Shown here: piece by piece, positions 59,096 through 60,108 of the stretch
How positions within the stretch are numbered: the stretch's first letter is position 1
Layout of the letters: every line of letters starts with the position of its first letter
DNA from: an uncultured Cellvibrionales bacterium
Lineage (GTDB): Bacteria; Pseudomonadota; Gammaproteobacteria; Pseudomonadales; Cellvibrionaceae
Assembly (NCBI GenBank): GCA_963933095.1
Contig: CAWVSV010000001.1
Location: 1 to 60,108 of the forward strand
Direction of reading: 5' to 3'
DNA: 60,108 bases
Program-made: the position numbers and the translations under genes
The notes under the pieces: generated by a model
Database searches by the model: none
What the model was told of the DNA's origin: nothing
What the model saw: only the letters and a program-made list of their open reading frames with translations

Positions 59096-60108
59096 ATGCG
59101 AGCTCATTCACTGTTGTTATGTCTAAGTCGAAAAGTGGGCGCTCTGCTGGCCAGTATTATCTTGCTGGCCGCGCCGCTATCGGCTTTAGCCAATACTCTT
59201 GAGGATATTCGTTTTTCCGAATTGTCGGCCGAGCGTTTTGAAATTAAATTATCTTTCTCTGAGGCCCCAGAAGATCCTGCTGGTTATACCATCGAAAAAC
59301 CTGCGCGTATCGTGCTCGATTTTGCCGCTACCAACAGCGCCCTAGAGCAAAAGAAATTTCCATTATCTTTTGAGAATGCAAAAAGTGCCGTGGTTTTGGG
59401 TACCGATGAGCGCACCCGACTTATCGTCAATCTCGAGTCATTGACGACTTATAACGCTCGGGTAGAGGGGAATTTTTATATTGTCGAAGTGGGCAATAAG
59501 CACGTCGATAGTTACTTAAAAGAAACTGTTTCGCTGGTGGGTGCTGCTAGTAAAGAGCAAAAGCGCGGCGATATATCAGTGACTGATATTGATTTCCGCC
59601 GCGGGGAAGAAGGCGAAGGTAAAATTATTATTGCGTTGTCTGACAGTAATGTCGGTATCGATGTTGATCAAACCGCAGAGGGCGTTTTTGTCACCTTTTC
59701 CAATGCCTTTTTACCGCAAGAGTTGCGTCGCCGTTTGGATGTTATTGATTTCGCCACACCGGTTAGTTTTATTGATGCTAGTTATGATGGTGACCGTGTA
59801 GCTCTAAAAGTAGAAGTGGCCGGTGATTATGATTATTTAGCTTATCAGGCTGATAGTGAATATGTTGTCAGTATTAAACCTTTGTCGTTTGAGGAGCTGG
59901 AAGAGAAGAAAGCTAAATTTGCCTTTGTGGGTGAAAAATTATCGCTGAATTTCCAGGATATTGAAGTGCGTTCAGTGTTACAGCTGATCGCTGACTTTAC
60001 TGAATTAAACTTGGTTGCTAGTGATACGGTCTCTGGTCGCATTACTCTTCGCCTCGATAGTGTGCCTTGGGATCAGGCGCTGGATCTGGTGCTAAAAACA
60101 AAGGGTTT
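59096..60108 (+). CDS. pilQ: Type IV pilus secretin PilQ (3' end truncated by the window edge)
   Basis: It is absent from the ORF track because no stop is reached. I translated from the ATG at 59096: MRAHSLLLCLSRKVGALLASIILLAAPLSALA. Two AMIN-like domains follow (IVLDFAAT...; DIDFRRGEEGEGKIIIAL). The frame stays open to 60108 and ends ...VPWDQALDLVLKTKG, a conserved secretin N0 motif. Confidence 0.9.
   Translation, partial: MRAHSLLLCLSRKVGALLASIILLAAPLSALANTLEDIRFSELSAERFEIKLSFSEAPEDPAGYTIEKPARIVLDFAATNSALEQKKFPLSFENAKSAVVLGTDERTRLIVNLESLTTYNARVEGNFYIVEVGNKHVDSYLKETVSLVGAASKEQKRGDISVTDIDFRRGEEGEGKIIIALSDSNVGIDVDQTAEGVFVTFSNAFLPQELRRRLDVIDFATPVSFIDASYDGDRVALKVEVAGDYDYLAYQADSEYVVSIKPLSFEELEEKKAKFAFVGEKLSLNFQDIEVRSVLQLIADFTELNLVASDTVSGRITLRLDSVPWDQALDLVLKTKG

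Overview
This 60.1-kb chromosomal window comes from a gammaproteobacterium. Gene order resembles Pseudomonas, Cellvibrionales and Oceanospirillales, the content looks marine, and no closer placement is possible by eye. I saw no rRNA, tRNA, CRISPR array, IS element or integrase.

The window has two parts.

(A) About 0.2-23.9 kb is a cell-envelope and accessory region. It holds:
- two lipoproteins: a YbaY+META fusion and a YtcJ-like amidohydrolase;
- a small Cys-rich protein behind a Fur-box-like promoter;
- a two-gene operon encoding a sortase and a 174-aa secreted protein that ends in an LPETAS / hydrophobic / RRMRKRT sorting signal, which is rare in Gram-negatives;
- a small outer-membrane beta-barrel;
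- a six-gene minus-strand type I secretion operon: a 3437-aa repeat adhesin, a CLD-type ABC transporter, a HlyD-family adaptor, a TolC-family duct, an OmpA-like lipoprotein and a PstS-like half-domain lipoprotein. No LapG/LapD-type release module is visible.

(B) About 24-60.1 kb is core housekeeping:
- nrdR-ribD-ribE-ribBA-ribH-nusB-thiL-pgpA, a retropepsin-like protease and a stand-alone ribA;
- a DUF481 outer-membrane protein, VanZ, and divergent glgA/glgC;
- a RIO1-type kinase, VF530 and a DAACS transporter;
- a 724-bp ORF-free gap, parC, and an RND pump with its adaptor but no outer-membrane factor;
- DUF971, hslVU with a sigma32-like promoter, and an FtsN-like SPOR protein;
- priA, rpmE, a thermonuclease, mrcA, and pilMNOPQ (pilQ is cut by the window end).

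The best candidates for something new are the sortase/mini-substrate pair and the unusual accessory genes of the T1SS adhesin operon. All product calls rest on motif recognition by eye. No database search was run.
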